Assembly (NCBI GenBank): GCA_963754315.1
Contig: CAVWFS010000019.1
Span: forward strand, 384,001 to 448,000
DNA: 64,000 nt
Reading direction: 5' to 3'
Origin: an uncultured Candidatus Rokubacteria bacterium
Lineage (GTDB): Bacteria; Methylomirabilota; Methylomirabilia; Rokubacteriales; CSP1-6
Under the pieces are notes generated by a model. The model made no database searches, was not told the origin of the DNA, and saw only the letters and a program-made list of their open reading frames with translations. The position numbers were made by a program, and so were the translations under genes. Below are positions 39,468 to 52,451 of this stretch, one piece after another; within the stretch, counting starts at the first letter, position 1, and each line of letters starts with the position of its first letter.

Positions 39468-40801
39468 GGCTGCCCCTCCTCCTTTCTTCGGAGCGCGGCC
39501 ACTCTCACCTCGGCCGCTACCGCGTGCCCGTGAAGCCCTTCCACGTCGGTCAACGCTCTGAGATGCGGCAGCGCTGCTCGCAATCCGTCCGGCGTGTACT
39601 CGATCACGCTCGATCGGGTGACGAAGTCTTCTGGACCCAGGGGCGAGGCAAAACGCGCCGTTCCGCCCGTGGGCAACACGTGGCTCGGGCCCGCGACATA
39701 GTCGCCGACGACCTCGGGTGTGTTCCCGCCCACGAACACCGCGCCCGCGTGGCGCACCGCGGAGAGCAGGATGTGGGGGGCCCGGACATAGAGCTCGAGA
39801 TGCTCGGGAGCCAGGAGGTTGACGAGCTCGATGGCAGCCTCCAGGCTCTCGACCACAATCAAGGCGCCGTTGGTAGCGACGGACTCGGCGGCGATGGCGC
39901 GACGGGGGAGTACCGTCAGCTGCCGCTCGAGGGCCGCCGCCACGCGCGGGATCAGAGCAGCCGCATCGGTGATGAGCATGGCTCGCGCCATCGGATCGTG
40001 CTCGGCCTGAGCCAGGAGGTCTGCCGCCAGCCACTCGGGATCCGCTGCCGCATCGGCGATGATTGCCACTTCGCTGGGCCCCGCCACCATGTCGATGCCG
40101 ACCTCGCCGAAGACCTTGCGCTTGGCCAGCGCCACGTAGATGTTGCCGGGACCGACGATCTTGTCGACACGGCGCACGGTGGCCGTGCCGTAGGCGAGGG
40201 CAGCGATGGCCTGCGCGCCACCGATCCGGTATCCCTCGCTGACCCCGGCGATGCGGGCAGCGGCCAGCACGGCCGGGGCCACCCGCCCGTCGCCATCGGG
40301 CGGCGTTACCAGGACAATCTCGCGCACTCCGGCTACTCGGGCCGGGATGCCGGTCATCAGCACGGTGGAAGGGTAGGCTGCCCGGCCGCCCGGAATGTAG
40401 ATGCCGACTCGGTCCAGGGGACGGACCTCCTGCCCGAGGAGCGAGCCGTGCTCGTCCTTGATCCGCCATGACTTCGGGAGGGCTGCCGCGTGATAGCGTT
40501 CGATGCGCTCGGCCGCGACAGCGAGCGCCGCCCGAGCGTCTGGCGGCAGCGTCTGCTCCGCTGTCTCGAAATCCGCAGGGGCGATGACGAGATCCCCGGG
40601 GTGACGCGCCACGAAGCGGTCGAAGCGTGCGGTCAACTCGACGAGGGCCTCGTCTCCGCGCTCCTGCACGGCGCCCAGGATCGCTTCGACCGCCTGCACG
40701 ATGCTAGGATCGACCTTGGAAGGGGGGCGCTCGAGCATCGTTGCCACGGTGCCCAACCCGAGGCTCCGCGCGTCCAGGATCCGGATCGAGGAAGAGGTCA
40801 T
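39464..40801 (-). CDS. hisD: Histidinol dehydrogenase
   Basis: [38 protein letters not shown]; start at ATG 40801. Confidence 0.97.
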   Translation of the reverse strand: MTSSSIRILDARSLGLGTVATMLERPPSKVDPSIVQAVEAILGAVQERGDEALVELTARFDRFVARHPGDLVIAPADFETAEQTLPPDARAALAVAAERIERYHAAALPKSWRIKDEHGSLLGQEVRPLDRVGIYIPGGRAAYPSTVLMTGIPARVAGVREIVLVTPPDGDGRVAPAVLAAARIAGVSEGYRIGGAQAIAALAYGTATVRRVDKIVGPGNIYVALAKRKVFGEVGIDMVAGPSEVAIIADAAADPEWLAADLLAQAEHDPMARAMLITDAAALIPRVAAALERQLTVLPRRAIAAESVATNGALIVVESLEAAIELVNLLAPEHLELYVRAPHILLSAVRHAGAVFVGGNTPEVVGDYVAGPSHVLPTGGTARFASPLGPEDFVTRSSVIEYTPDGLRAALPHLRALTDVEGLHGHAVAAEVRVAALRRKEEGQP

Positions 40802-41454
40802 CGGGCAACCGCCACCGCGGGCGCCTGCCGCGATCGTATCTCGTCGAGAAGCCCCGTAACGGCCGCATATTCGGTCTTCATGGAGGCGCGGTTGACGATC
40901 AGCCGCGCGGTCGAGCGCGTGATCTCCGCCACTTCTACCAGACCATTGGCCCGCAACGTGTCTCCCGACTGAACGAGGTCCACGATGCGATCGGCCAGAC
41001 CCACCAGCGGCGCGAGTTCGACCGAGCCATCGAGACGGACGATCTCTACCTGGATACCCCGGCTCGAGAAGTACTGCTCGGTGAGCCGTGGGTACTTCGT
41101 GGCCACCCGCACCCATGACCACGTCGAGGGCGTGTCGCGCTCGAACAGCTCCTTGCGCTCAGCCACCACCAGCCGACAGAAGCCGAATCCGAGGTCGAGC
41201 GGTTCGTAGACGTCGGGCCGCTGCTCGAGCAAGATATCCTGCCCCACGATTCCGAGGTCTGCAGCGCCGTACATCACATAGGCCGGCACGTCTGCCGGCT
41301 TGAGCAGAAGCAGTCGGAGCCGGTGTCCGGGGTCGGTGAATATGAGCCGGCGCGATTCGAGATCGATCCCGCTCACGCCGATGCTTCCCAGGAGATCCAG
41401 CGCTCCCTCGAGAAGCCGCCCCTTCGGCAGGGCAAGGGTGAGGCGCTCCTTCAT
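40798..41454 (-). CDS. hisG: ATP phosphoribosyltransferase, short form
   Basis: [27 protein letters not shown]; 218 aa, no C-terminal regulatory domain. Confidence 0.95.
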   Translation of the reverse strand: MKERLTLALPKGRLLEGALDLLGSIGVSGIDLESRRLIFTDPGHRLRLLLLKPADVPAYVMYGAADLGIVGQDILLEQRPDVYEPLDLGFGFCRLVVAERKELFERDTPSTWSWVRVATKYPRLTEQYFSSRGIQVEIVRLDGSVELAPLVGLADRIVDLVQSGDTLRANGLVEVAEITRSTARLIVNRASMKTEYAAVTGLLDEIRSRQAPAVAVAR

Positions 41455-42704
41455 GACCGCCGGACGATGCTGGCCCCGAGGCTTGCCAGCTTCCGCTCCA
41501 GACACTCGTAGCCTCGATCGAGGTGATAGACCCGGGAGATCTCCGTTCGACCCCGCGCGGCCAGCCCAGCCAGCACGAGCGCGGCCGACGCGCGCAGATC
41601 CGAGGCCATCACCGGCGCCCCCTGGTAGCTCGGCACGCCCCGAATGACCGCGGTGGACCCGTCGGTGAAGATGCTGGCACCCATCCGGCCGAGCTCGGCC
41701 GCGTGCATGAAACGATTCTCGAAGATCGTCTCCGTCACACGCGATTGGCCGTCGGCCAGGCCCAACAGGGCCATCATCTGCGCCTGCATGTCTGTCGGAA
41801 AGCCCGGGAACGGGCTCGTCACGATGTCCGTCGGGCGCGGCCGGCCCATTGCCCGCACACGGACGGAAGTCGGCATCACTTCAAGCTGAGCCCCGGCCTC
41901 CTCGAGCTTGGCGATCACGGCGGAAAGATGATCAGGGATCACTCCCGTCACCGTCACGTCACTTCCGGCAATGGCGCCGGCGACGAGCAAGGTGCCGGCC
42001 TCGATGCGGTCGGGGATCACCTGGTGGGTCGCCCCGCTCAGCTCGGGTACCCCCTCGATCTCGATCCGCGATGTTCCCGCTCCGTGGACCCGCGCCCCCA
42101 TGCCGTTGAGCAACACTGCCAGGTCCACCACCTCGGGCTCGCGCGCTGCGTTCTCGAGCACGGTGGTGCCCTCGGCCAGGGCCGCCGCCATCATGAGATT
42201 TTCAGTCCCGGTCACCGTCACCATGTCGGCGGTGATCCGCGTCGCCTTCAGCCGGCTCGCGCGCGCGACCACGTAACCGTTCTCGATGGATACCTCGGCC
42301 CCCAGTTGGTGCAGCCCTTTCAGGTGTTGGTCGATGGGCCGTACCCCGATCGCGCAGCCTCCCGGCAGGGCGACCTTGGCCGACCCATGGCGCGCCACGA
42401 GGGGGCCAAGGACGAGCACGGAGGCGCGCATCGTGGACACGAGCTCGTAGGGGGCCACATCGTCGCTGACGCGCACGGTCTGCACTCGCGTCACCGCCTC
42501 TCGCTGGTCGACCGCCGCGCCCAAGGATTGCAGCAGTTTCAGCATGGTGCGGACATCGTTGAGGCCGGGCAGATTGGTGATCTGAAGCGGCGAGGCCGTG
42601 AGCAGGCTCGCCGCCAGCGCAGGCAGGGCCGCGTTCTTGGCCGCGCTGGGTGACACCGTTCCGCGAAGCCCGATCCCCCCCTCGATGTCGAGCCGTGTCG
42701 GCAT
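41451..42704 (-). CDS. murA: UDP-N-acetylglucosamine 1-carboxyvinyltransferase
   Basis: [17 protein letters not shown] (catalytic Cys), GFPTDMQ, HLDRGY. Confidence 0.98.
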   Translation of the reverse strand: MPTRLDIEGGIGLRGTVSPSAAKNAALPALAASLLTASPLQITNLPGLNDVRTMLKLLQSLGAAVDQREAVTRVQTVRVSDDVAPYELVSTMRASVLVLGPLVARHGSAKVALPGGCAIGVRPIDQHLKGLHQLGAEVSIENGYVVARASRLKATRITADMVTVTGTENLMMAAALAEGTTVLENAAREPEVVDLAVLLNGMGARVHGAGTSRIEIEGVPELSGATHQVIPDRIEAGTLLVAGAIAGSDVTVTGVIPDHLSAVIAKLEEAGAQLEVMPTSVRVRAMGRPRPTDIVTSPFPGFPTDMQAQMMALLGLADGQSRVTETIFENRFMHAAELGRMGASIFTDGSTAVIRGVPSYQGAPVMASDLRASAALVLAGLAARGRTEISRVYHLDRGYECLERKLASLGASIVRRS

Positions 42705-43571
42705 CAGGTCCTCCCCGCGACGAATCGTGTAATTCCTGCCAGGTCATTGTGTACCAGGACGTCCCGAAAGCCCGCTTCGTTCATCAGCCCGCGCGTTGCG
42801 CTCGCCTGGGCGCCGCCGGCTGTCTCGAGCACGAGAAACCCGTCTTGTGCCAGCCGGTGCTTGCCCTCGATGACCACACGCCGGATCACATCGAGGCCGT
42901 CGCGGCCGCCGTCGAGCGCACAACGAGGCTCATGGTCAACCACTTCCGGAGCAAGCGTCGACAGCAGCGGTGTGGGGAGGTACGGCGGATTCGAGACGAC
43001 CATGTCCGCGACACCGCCGCGCACGGCTCCGAGAAGGTCTCCTGCGAAGACGCGCACTCGAGGGGCGAGTCCGAGGTCGACGACGTTCGCGTGCGCCACC
43101 GCGACCGCTCCGGGGGACGCGTCGACGGCCGCGACCCGGAGGTCGGGGCGGCGGACGGCCAGAGCACAGGCGATGCATCCCGAACCGGTGCCGAGGTCGA
43201 CGATCGTCGGGTGGCGGCCCGCGGCCGGGGGAGGCAGCAGCGTGAGCGCCCAGTCCACGAGCATCTCGGTCTCCGGGCGGGGGATCAGCACGGCGCCCGT
43301 GATGCGGATGCGAAGGCCGTGAAACTCCTCCCAACCGAGGATTCGCTGGAGCGGCTCGCGTCGCGGCCCGGCGGCGGACGTCTTGTGCGTACTGGCGCGC
43401 CGCACCAGGCGAGAGATCGTCATCAGCTTCGAGATACAGCATTGAGCGACGGACCCCGAGGACGCTCGCGAGCAGCCACTCCGCGTCGGCCTGGGCCGAA
43501 TCGATCCCGGCTGTCGTGAGGGCCTCCCCGGCCGCCGCCAGGGCAGCCCGCCGCGTGAGTGTCGCGGGCAT
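42704..43571 (-). CDS. prmC: Release factor glutamine methyltransferase, with an apparent 1-bp insertion at about 43365
   Basis: N-terminal domain ...DVRRRA in one frame, [10 protein letters not shown]...[20 protein letters not shown] in another. Confidence 0.93.
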
Positions 43572-43576
43572 GGTGT

Positions 43577-44647
43577 TCAGTGTCCCACGCGCTCGAGCTT
43601 CTCGGCTTGCTCGGCCGCGGCGAGGGCGTCGATGATCTCGTCGATGTCACCCTCCAGAACATCCGGTAGACGGTGGATGGTGAGGCCGATTCGATGGTCG
43701 GTGACCCGCGTCTGGGGGACGTTGTAGGTACGGATCCGTTCACTGCGCTCGCCGGTTCCCACCTGACTCCGGCGGTCGGCGGCAATGGCCGCCGCCTGTT
43801 CTTCCTGCGCTCGCTCTAACAGCCGAGCCCGTAAGACGCGCATGGCCTTCGCACGGTTCTTGATCTGCGAGCGTTCGTCCTGGCAAGTCACCACCAGCCC
43901 AGTGGGCAGATGCGTGATGCGGACGGCGGAGTCAGTGGTGTTGACCCCCTGCCCGCCCGGCCCCGAGGCCCGGTACACATCGACCTTGAGGTCCTTGTCG
44001 TCGACCTTCACGTCGACCTCCTCCGCCTCCGGAAGCACGGCAACCGTCACCGTCGAGGTGTGGATACGCCCGCTCGCTTCGGTGGCTGGCACGCGCTGCA
44101 CCCGATGGACGCCCCGCTCGAACTTGAGGCGGCTCCACGCGCCCCGTCCCTGAACGAAGAGGACCACCTCCTTGAGCCCCCCCACCCCAGTCGCACTGGC
44201 GTCCATGATCTCGACTTTCCAGCGCTGGCGCTCGGCGTACTTCTGGTACATGCGCGCCAAGTCGGCGGCGAACAGCGCCGCCTCCTCGCCACCGGCCCCC
44301 GCCCGAATCTCGACGAAGACGCTCTTCTCCTCGTTGGGGTCCTTGGGAAGAAGCAGACGGGTGATCTCCGCCTCGAGCGCCGTTTGCCGCGCCGTGAGCG
44401 AGGTCACCTCCGCCTGGGCCAGTTCCTGCAGCTCTCGATCGTTGCCCTCGGCGAGCTGGCGCGCGTCGGTGAGCTGCTTCAGCACCTCCCGGTACTCGCT
44501 GAATCGCTCCACGATCTCGCTGGCCTCGGCGTGCTCCTTGCGCAGCCGCGCGTAGTCGGGTCGCGCATGAGCTCCCGGATCAGCCAAGAGCCCGGCGATG
44601 GCCTGCGACCGTTCCTCGATCTGGCGTAGCCTGTCGAAGAGCATCAT
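43577..44647 (-). CDS. prfA: Peptide chain release factor 1
   Basis: PAT recognition motif, [15 protein letters not shown]. Confidence 0.97.
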   Translation of the reverse strand: MMLFDRLRQIEERSQAIAGLLADPGAHARPDYARLRKEHAEASEIVERFSEYREVLKQLTDARQLAEGNDRELQELAQAEVTSLTARQTALEAEITRLLLPKDPNEEKSVFVEIRAGAGGEEAALFAADLARMYQKYAERQRWKVEIMDASATGVGGLKEVVLFVQGRGAWSRLKFERGVHRVQRVPATEASGRIHTSTVTVAVLPEAEEVDVKVDDKDLKVDVYRASGPGGQGVNTTDSAVRITHLPTGLVVTCQDERSQIKNRAKAMRVLRARLLERAQEEQAAAIAADRRSQVGTGERSERIRTYNVPQTRVTDHRIGLTIHRLPDVLEGDIDEIIDALAAAEQAEKLERVGH

Positions 44648-44833
44648 GGTTCTGCCAACATTCGCCGGACGCTCAGTCGCGCCTGGCAGACGGAAGAAAG
44701 ACGGAGGGTAAGGATGGGCGGAGACATGAGAGGACTGCTGCTGCCGTCCGATGGGCGAGACGGGGAAACCAGCTCGCAGTTCCCCCCAACCGATCGGGAG
44801 GTTCGGTGGGCCTTTTCGTAGCCCCCCGTATCC

Positions 44834-45046
44834 TCAGGACGCCGAAGGCGCGCGCTTGTACTTCCGCTGAAACCGCTCGACGCGGCCAGCGGTGTCGAGG
44901 AGCTTCTGCTTACCCGTGTAGAACGGATGGCACTTGGCGCAGATCTCCACGCGGATGTCCGGTCGAGTCGAGCGAGTGTGAATGACCTCACCGCAGGCGC
45001 ACGTGATGGTCGTGTCGACATAGTCGGGGTGAATACCCACCTTCAC
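44834..45046 (-). CDS. rpmE: 50S ribosomal protein L31 (Zn-binding form)
   Basis: [21 protein letters not shown] 45046 with GGGAGG SD. Confidence 0.96.
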   Translation of the reverse strand: MKVGIHPDYVDTTITCACGEVIHTRSTRPDIRVEICAKCHPFYTGKQKLLDTAGRVERFQRKYKRAPSAS

Positions 45047-45072
45047 AGATCCCACCTCCCTGAAAGAACTCC

Positions 45073-45083
45073 ACAATACCACA
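45073..45083 (-). promoter_or_regulatory. Extended -10 promoter candidate for rpmE
   Basis: TGTGGTATTGT in an AT-rich patch 26 nt upstream of the start. Confidence 0.5.
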
Positions 45084-45097
45084 ACAAAAACTTGAGT

Positions 45098-45541
45098 CCC
45101 TTCGAGGCCCCATGCACCGTGCGAATTGCCGAGGGCCGCCGCGTGCTCCCCGGGTGACTCGAGCACGGTGGGGCTAGGGGGGCCCTTTCGAGGCCCGAAA
45201 CCCCGCGTGTTCCCGAGGGGCGCGCCGGGTTCCCCGGGGTGCCCCGAGCGCTTGGGGGGCCAGGGGGGCCCTTTCGAGGCCCGAAACCCCGCGTGTTCCC
45301 GAGGGGCGCGCCGGGTTCCCCGGGGTGCCCCGAGCGCTGGGGGGGCCAGGGGGGCCCTTCGAGGCCCGAAACCGCGCGTATTCCCGAGGGGCGCGCCGGG
45401 TTCCCCGGGGTGCCCCGAGCGCTGGGGGGGCCAGGGGGGCCCTTTCGAGGCCCGAAACCGTGCGTATTCCCGAGGGGCGACCCGGGTTTCCCGGGGCGGC
45501 CCGAGCGCTGGGGGGCCAGGGGGGCCCTTTCGGGGCCCCCC
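45098..45541. repeat. Tandem array of about 5 x 85-86 bp palindromic units between rho and rpmE
   Basis: TTCG(A/G)GGCCC anchors at 45101, 45187, 45273, 45358, 45444, 45529; unit contains GAGGGGCGCGCCGGGTTCCCCGGGGTGCCCCGAGCGC. Confidence 0.93.
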
Positions 45542-45556
45542 TACTAACGATCCCCC

Positions 45557-46903
<1,347 letters not shown>

Positions 46904-46975
46904 CGCTCTGAGTAAGTTGCGTTGCGGCTGTGGACACCAGATTTTCTGTGGGGTTGGACCGCGACTTCGCCTCGT

Positions 46976-47004
46976 ATGCTCGCATCGGGCCGAAGCCTTG
47001 TCAA
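46976..47004 (-). promoter_or_regulatory. Putative rho promoter
   Basis: TTGACA-17 nt-GAGCAT with TG extension, preceded by an A-tract; the -10 is non-consensus. Confidence 0.5.
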
Positions 47005-47017
47005 TCTTTTTTATACC

Positions 47018-48124
47018 TCACAGGCGCACCTCGATGATCGCGCGCTGCTTGATCTCCTTCAACCAGGCCTCCAGACGCGCCTCATACTTCTCGCGAAACA
47101 AGATGTCACGGATCTGCTGGCGGGCACGTTCCTGTCCCTGCCCTTCCAGGGTTTCCTTCGATTCGAGCTTGAAGAGGTGGTACCCGAGCGTTGAGCGGTA
47201 CGGTTGGGAGACATCCCCCGGCGCCAGTTTCAGGATCTCGCTCTCGATGTCGGCGGCCAACTCGCCGCGCTTGAGCGTTCCTAGATCGCCCCCGTCCTTG
47301 GCACTCGCATCCCGCGACGTGCTGCGCGCCGTCTCGGCGAAGTCGGCGCCGGCCACGATCTGCTGACGAATGAGATCGGCGCGGATCCGAGCCGCTTCCC
47401 ACGCCGCGTCTTCGGCGCCGCCGCCCTCGGGGACGATCAGAATGTTACGCGCGTGATAGGGCAGGCCCTGTTCGAGCTTGCCGCGGTTCTGCTCCAGATA
47501 CTGGTCAATCTCTTTGTCGTTGACGCTGACGCGGAGGGTGACCTTACGGCGCACGACCTTGCCCAGCCGTAGTCCTTCCCGGATTCGCCGTTTGACGGAT
47601 TCCACGGACAAACCCTGAGCCTTCATGGCCTCCTCGAAGTCCTGCCGGGTCGGGTTCCCGGGCAGCTTCTTGAGCCGTGCGCTGAGCTCCTCGTCGACCT
47701 CGACATCCTCGACAATGATCTTTTCCCGGTCTGCCTCCTGAAGCTGCAAGCGCATGTCGATCAACCGAGAGAGGAACTCCTTGGCCAGGTCTTCGTCGGA
47801 CGGCATCTGGCCACGGTTCTCCTGCTTGGCCGCCACGATGCTCTCCTGGACCTCCATGAGGGTGATGGCGTCGTTGTTCACGACCGCGACCACACGGTCG
47901 GTGACCGCGTCGTCATCCAGGCTGACCCGCGGTGCCTCGGCGGGCGCCGATCCAGCAGGCTTGCTCTCCCCGGCGGCGGGCGCGGCAGCCACCGACGGTG
48001 GGGGTTCCGCCTTGCCCGACTTGCCGATCAGAGGTACCCACGCCGGTACCGCACAGCCGCCCGCAAGCACCAGCACGATGACGAGCGCAATCAGCTTCCA
48101 CCGCGCGCCAACGAGGGCCCCCAT
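47018..48124 (-). CDS. SurA-like parvulin peptidyl-prolyl isomerase, exported
   Basis: Signal peptide ending LAGGC, DRVVAVVNND SurA N-domain, FAETA..S.D..AKDGGDLG parvulin motif; start at ATG 48124. Confidence 0.88.
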   Translation of the reverse strand: MGALVGARWKLIALVIVLVLAGGCAVPAWVPLIGKSGKAEPPPSVAAAPAAGESKPAGSAPAEAPRVSLDDDAVTDRVVAVVNNDAITLMEVQESIVAAKQENRGQMPSDEDLAKEFLSRLIDMRLQLQEADREKIIVEDVEVDEELSARLKKLPGNPTRQDFEEAMKAQGLSVESVKRRIREGLRLGKVVRRKVTLRVSVNDKEIDQYLEQNRGKLEQGLPYHARNILIVPEGGGAEDAAWEAARIRADLIRQQIVAGADFAETARSTSRDASAKDGGDLGTLKRGELAADIESEILKLAPGDVSQPYRSTLGYHLFKLESKETLEGQGQERARQQIRDILFREKYEARLEAWLKEIKQRAIIEVRL

Positions 48125-48125
48125 T

Positions 48126-51100
48126 TCAATGCACCTCCGCGAGGAGTCGCAGGACTGCATCGCGCACGGCGGGCCACGGTGCCCGCGGGACGGTCGCCTC
48201 CATGGTGAACTCTCGCTTGAACCGCAGACGGCCACGGCTCTGCTGCACGGCTTGCACGAGCCGCTGCGGGTCGACCGGTGTACTGGGGGCAAACGTGATC
48301 AGCGCCTTTCCCTCTCCGACCTCGACCTTTTCCACGGCGACCGCCCGCGCCGCCACCCGGATACGGACGGTATCGAGCAGCTGCCTCGCGACCGGGGGCA
48401 GCGGTCCGAAGCGGTCCGCCAGTTCCGCGCCGAGCTCGGACACGGCGGACTCGTTCTCGGCGGCGGCCAAGCGCTTGTAGAGCGCCAGGCGTTGATTGAC
48501 CTCCGGAACGTAGTCCTCGGGCAGCAAACCCTCGACGGGGACGCTGATGACGGGCTCGACGGCGGCGGCCGTCGGTTCACCGTGCAATTCTCGCACGGCC
48601 TCGGCGAGAAGCTTGGAATAAAGATCGTAGCCGACCGCCGCGATGTGGCCGTGCTGCTCAGGGCCGAGGAGATTGCCCGCCCCCCGGATCTCGAGATCCC
48701 GCAGGGCCAGCTTGAAGCCGGAACCCAGCTCCGTCAGCTCCTGCAGGACCCGAAGCCTGCGCTGCGCTTGCTCGTCCACGCGGCCGTCGGCGGGCACGAG
48801 AAGGTACGCGAACGCCTGCTGCCGCTCGCGGCCCACCCGGCCACGGAGCTGGTAGAGCTGGGCCAGTCCGAAACGATCGGCGCGGTTAACGATGATCGTG
48901 TTGGAGGCGGGGATATCCAGCCCTGACTCCACGATGGCGGTCGACACGAGCACGTCGGCCTGTCCGGTGACGAACCGCACCATGGTCGCCTCCAGCTCGC
49001 GCTCGCGCATCTGACCATGGGCCATCACGATCCGCGCCTCGGGAACCAGTTCCTGGATGAGACGGACCATCGAGGGCAGCGACTGGATCCGGTTGTGGAC
49101 GAAGAAAACCTGGCCCCCCCGGGCGAGCTCACGCTCCAGGGCCTCCTTGATGACCGCCTTGCTGAAACGGCGCACGAAGGTCTCGACGGGCAGCCGCTCC
49201 AGGGGCGCCGTCTCGATGACGGACATGTCACGCACACCCGAGAGCGACATGTAGAGAGTGCGCGGAATGGGAGTGGCCGTCAGCGCGAGCACATCGACCG
49301 AGGCCCGGAGCTGCTTCATGCGTTCCTTATGCGCGACCCCGAAGCGATGCTCCTCGTCGACGATGAGAAGACCGAGATTCTTGAAGCTGACGTCCTTGGA
49401 CAAGAGCCGATGGGTACCAATCACCACGTCCACTGCGCCCTGACGGAGCGCATCGAGCACGAGCTTCTGCTCCTTCGCCGAGCGAAAGCGTGAGAGAAGC
49501 TCGACCTTGGCCGGGAACGCCGCGAAGCGGTCGCTGAACGTGTTCCAGTGCTGCTGGGCGAGCACGGTGGTGGGCACCAGCACGGCCACCTGGTGGCCGT
49601 CGGCCACGGCCTTGAAGGCGGCCCGCAACGCCACCTCCGTCTTGCCGTACCCCACGTCCCCTGCCACCAGCCGATCCATGGGACGTGTGCGCTCCATGTC
49701 GCGCTTGGCCTCCTCGATGGCGCGCAGCTGGTCGGGGGTCTCCTCGAAGCGGAAGGCGGCCTCGAATTCGTGCTGCCACGGCGTATCGGGCGAGAAAGCC
49801 TTGCCCTCGGCCACCGCCCGCGCCGCATACAGCCGCAAGAGTGCCTCCGCCATCTCGCGCAGCGCGGCCCGCACCGACTCCTTCACGCGTTGCCACTGGG
49901 CCCCCCCCAGGCGATCCAGCCGGGCCGCCTCTTCGTCGCCACCGAGATACTTCGAGATCAGGTCGAGGCGTTCCACGGGAAGATACAGCTGGTTTCGCTC
50001 GGCGTATTCCAGGAGGAGGAAGTCGCCATCCCGATCACCGATGCTCATCGTGCGCAGGCCAAGATAGCGACCGATGCCGTGGTCCTCGTGCACGACCAGG
50101 TCGCCCACCTCCAGATCGGTGAAGGCCGTGATGGGCGATCCGCGCTGATACTTCGGCCGGGCCAGCGAACGCCGACGCGCTCCGTAGACCTCTTGCTCGG
50201 ATAGAACGATCACGCCGAGGGCGGTCAGGGAGAATCCCGCGGAGCATTCCCCGACGAGCACGGTCAACCAGGGCTGGCCCGCAGTATCCCCCGCGACGGC
50301 CTGGGAGGCCCAGCCACCGGGACTCGCTACCGTCGCCTCGAACTGATGCTCACGCAAGATCCTCTGAAGATGCTCGGCCTGATGGGTGTCGGCGGCGACG
50401 AACACCACCTTGAACCCCTCGTCCCGCCACCGCTGGAGGTCGGCCGCCAGACGTCGGAACTGGCCGCCGAACGACGGGATCGCATGAGTGTCGAGCACGA
50501 CCTCTGCGGTACTGCTCGTGTCACCCGAGGACGTCTCGGCCACCAGGGTCAGCTCGATGAGCTGACGATCTCCCAGCAGGGTGGCGAGCGGGGTACGCGC
50601 CGCTGCCTCGTCACCGCTTTCGTCCAAGAGCTTCGGTGAGTCCACGATTGCGGGTGCCGCTGCGGGCAGGTAGTCGAGCAGGCCGGCGCGGCCCGGTCCC
50701 TCGCTCTCTTGACCATCGGGGAGCGGCAGCACCGACAGCTCGTTGAGCACCAAGGTCGAACGCTGGGAGGTCGGGTCGAAGAGGCGGATGGTCTCTACGT
50801 CATCCCCGAAGAACTCCAGACGTACCGGCGCCGTGTGCGCGGGGCTGAAGATGTCCACAATGCCGCCTCGCACGCTGTATTGACCGACTTCTACCACGGT
50901 GTCGGCGCGCTCATAGCGGGCCTCGGCCAGAGCCTCCAGCAAGAGCTCGCGATCCAATCGATCGCCCACACTCAGGCGCAGCAGGCGGTCCGCGAACTCG
51001 GCGCGGGGCGGCAGGGGGACGTCGAGGGCGGCCCGCGTGGCCACCACCACGATGGGTTCGCTGGCGAGCAGGCGGCGACAGACCAGCGCGCGCTCGGCGT

Positions 51101-51374
51101 CGGCCTCACGGTGGTGGCCACCGCGCCACAGGCGTGGCTCCGCCTCCGGGAACTCCATGGCCTCGGCGCCGAAGAACTTCAGATCGCCGGCAAAGCGTCG
51201 CGCCTCGGCAAGGCTGGCCACCAGTACGAGGGCCGGCCGCGGGTGGGCGTGGAGTAGCTCCGCAACCACCAGCGGTCGCGCGCCCCCGCTGAGCCCGCCC
51301 ACGCGGATGTGGGTGTGTCCTTCGGCGACCATTTTCGAGAGCGCTTGGAAGGGAGGCCACTCGGCGATCATCAC
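48126..51374 (-). CDS. mfd: Transcription-repair coupling factor
   Basis: [53 protein letters not shown]. Confidence 0.98.
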   Translation of the reverse strand: MMIAEWPPFQALSKMVAEGHTHIRVGGLSGGARPLVVAELLHAHPRPALVLVASLAEARRFAGDLKFFGAEAMEFPEAEPRLWRGGHHREADAERALVCRRLLASEPIVVVATRAALDVPLPPRAEFADRLLRLSVGDRLDRELLLEALAEARYERADTVVEVGQYSVRGGIVDIFSPAHTAPVRLEFFGDDVETIRLFDPTSQRSTLVLNELSVLPLPDGQESEGPGRAGLLDYLPAAAPAIVDSPKLLDESGDEAAARTPLATLLGDRQLIELTLVAETSSGDTSSTAEVVLDTHAIPSFGGQFRRLAADLQRWRDEGFKVVFVAADTHQAEHLQRILREHQFEATVASPGGWASQAVAGDTAGQPWLTVLVGECSAGFSLTALGVIVLSEQEVYGARRRSLARPKYQRGSPITAFTDLEVGDLVVHEDHGIGRYLGLRTMSIGDRDGDFLLLEYAERNQLYLPVERLDLISKYLGGDEEAARLDRLGGAQWQRVKESVRAALREMAEALLRLYAARAVAEGKAFSPDTPWQHEFEAAFRFEETPDQLRAIEEAKRDMERTRPMDRLVAGDVGYGKTEVALRAAFKAVADGHQVAVLVPTTVLAQQHWNTFSDRFAAFPAKVELLSRFRSAKEQKLVLDALRQGAVDVVIGTHRLLSKDVSFKNLGLLIVDEEHRFGVAHKERMKQLRASVDVLALTATPIPRTLYMSLSGVRDMSVIETAPLERLPVETFVRRFSKAVIKEALERELARGGQVFFVHNRIQSLPSMVRLIQELVPEARIVMAHGQMRERELEATMVRFVTGQADVLVSTAIVESGLDIPASNTIIVNRADRFGLAQLYQLRGRVGRERQQAFAYLLVPADGRVDEQAQRRLRVLQELTELGSGFKLALRDLEIRGAGNLLGPEQHGHIAAVGYDLYSKLLAEAVRELHGEPTAAAVEPVISVPVEGLLPEDYVPEVNQRLALYKRLAAAENESAVSELGAELADRFGPLPPVARQLLDTVRIRVAARAVAVEKVEVGEGKALITFAPSTPVDPQRLVQAVQQSRGRLRFKREFTMEATVPRAPWPAVRDAVLRLLAEVH

Positions 51375-51388
51375 GCTTACCGCACGTC

Positions 51389-52039
51389 CTAACGGGTGTC
51401 TTTGGCCAGGTAGAAGCTCAAGGTCTCCAGCTCGATGGAAAGGTCGACATTCTTCAGCCTGACCTCACGCGTCACGCGCAGGCGCGCGGGCGCGAAGTTG
51501 AGCACAGCCCGCACCCCGGCCGCCGCCAGCTGGTCGGCCACCCCCTGTGCACCATCCGCCGGTACCGCCACGATGGCGATCTGGACACCGCGTGCCCGAA
51601 GCTCGCGCGCCATGTCTTTCGTGCCCAGGATAGGCACATCGTCGGCGCTCCGCCCGATCTTGAGCGGATCGTCGTCGAAAATGACGGCGATCCGAAAGCC
51701 CTGCCGGCCGAACCCCTTATAGTGGAAGAGCGCCGAGCCGAGGTTCCCGAAACCCACCAGCGCAATGGGCCACTCCCGGTCGAGCCCCAGGATGCGCTGC
51801 AGTTCCGCCTTGAGGCCCGCCACATAGTAGCCGATGCCGCGGACGCCGAACTCCCCGAAGTACGCGAGATCCTTGCGTACCTGGGCGGAGTTCAGCCCGA
51901 AGCGCTCTGCCAGGTCCTGTGAGGAAATGGTCTTGACGCCATCCTCCTCCAGCTGCTGCAGGCACCGCGTGTACACGGAGAGACGGCGGATCGTCATCTC
52001 CGGGATCTTGCTATATCGATAGTTCGGACGTGGTGCCAT
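51389..52039 (-). CDS. rex: Redox-sensing transcriptional repressor Rex
   Basis: IP..TIRRLSVY, QVRKDLAYFGEFG.RG.GY, GFGNLG, LNFAP. Confidence 0.96.
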   Translation of the reverse strand: MAPRPNYRYSKIPEMTIRRLSVYTRCLQQLEEDGVKTISSQDLAERFGLNSAQVRKDLAYFGEFGVRGIGYYVAGLKAELQRILGLDREWPIALVGFGNLGSALFHYKGFGRQGFRIAVIFDDDPLKIGRSADDVPILGTKDMARELRARGVQIAIVAVPADGAQGVADQLAAAGVRAVLNFAPARLRVTREVRLKNVDLSIELETLSFYLAKDTR

Positions 52040-52049
52040 GCGGATCCGT

Positions 52050-52086
52050 CCGTCGGGCGCGCCTGCGGTGCCTCGGCGCCCGACGG
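52050..52086 (-). other. Hairpin between atpE and rex (possible mRNA-stabilising or attenuating structure)
   Basis: 11-bp inverted repeat CCGTCGGGCGC / GCGCCCGACGG. Confidence 0.45.
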
Positions 52087-52097
52087 GGCCCGGTCTG

Positions 52098-52415
52098 CTA
52101 CTTGATGGGTTGCACGAACAAGAGAATCATCGCCACCACGAGAACGTAAATCGCAAGCGACTCGATCAGGGCCAGACCGATAATCATCGCCGTTTGAATC
52201 CGCGCTGCCGCCCCCGGCTGGCGAGCCATGGCGTCCACGGCGGCGGCGATCGCCTTGCCCTGCCCGAGGCCGCACAGCCCGGCCGCGAATGCCATGGCGA
52301 AGCCTGCGACCAGGACACCGAACGGCCCCACCCAGCCGCCGCCACCCTCGGCAGCCATGGCCAACCCAGGTACTCCGAGAACCGCTATCCCTGCCAGAAT
52401 CAGTGAACGTCGCAC
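52098..52415 (-). CDS. atpE: ATP synthase Fo subunit c with signal-peptide-like N-terminal extension
   Basis: GLGQG, ARQP loop, ALIESLAIY. Confidence 0.96.
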   Translation of the reverse strand: MRRSLILAGIAVLGVPGLAMAAEGGGGWVGPFGVLVAGFAMAFAAGLCGLGQGKAIAAAVDAMARQPGAAARIQTAMIIGLALIESLAIYVLVVAMILLFVQPIK

Positions 52416-52451
52416 GCCCGCCCTCCTGTGTACATGTGTGGTGCTCGCTCG

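Noticed and set aside
45098..45541. CRISPR array, or repeat-protein ORFs on the plus strand (RGAPGSPG...)
   Set aside because: No variable spacers; the ORFs are translations of GC-rich repeats in shifting frames with no RBS
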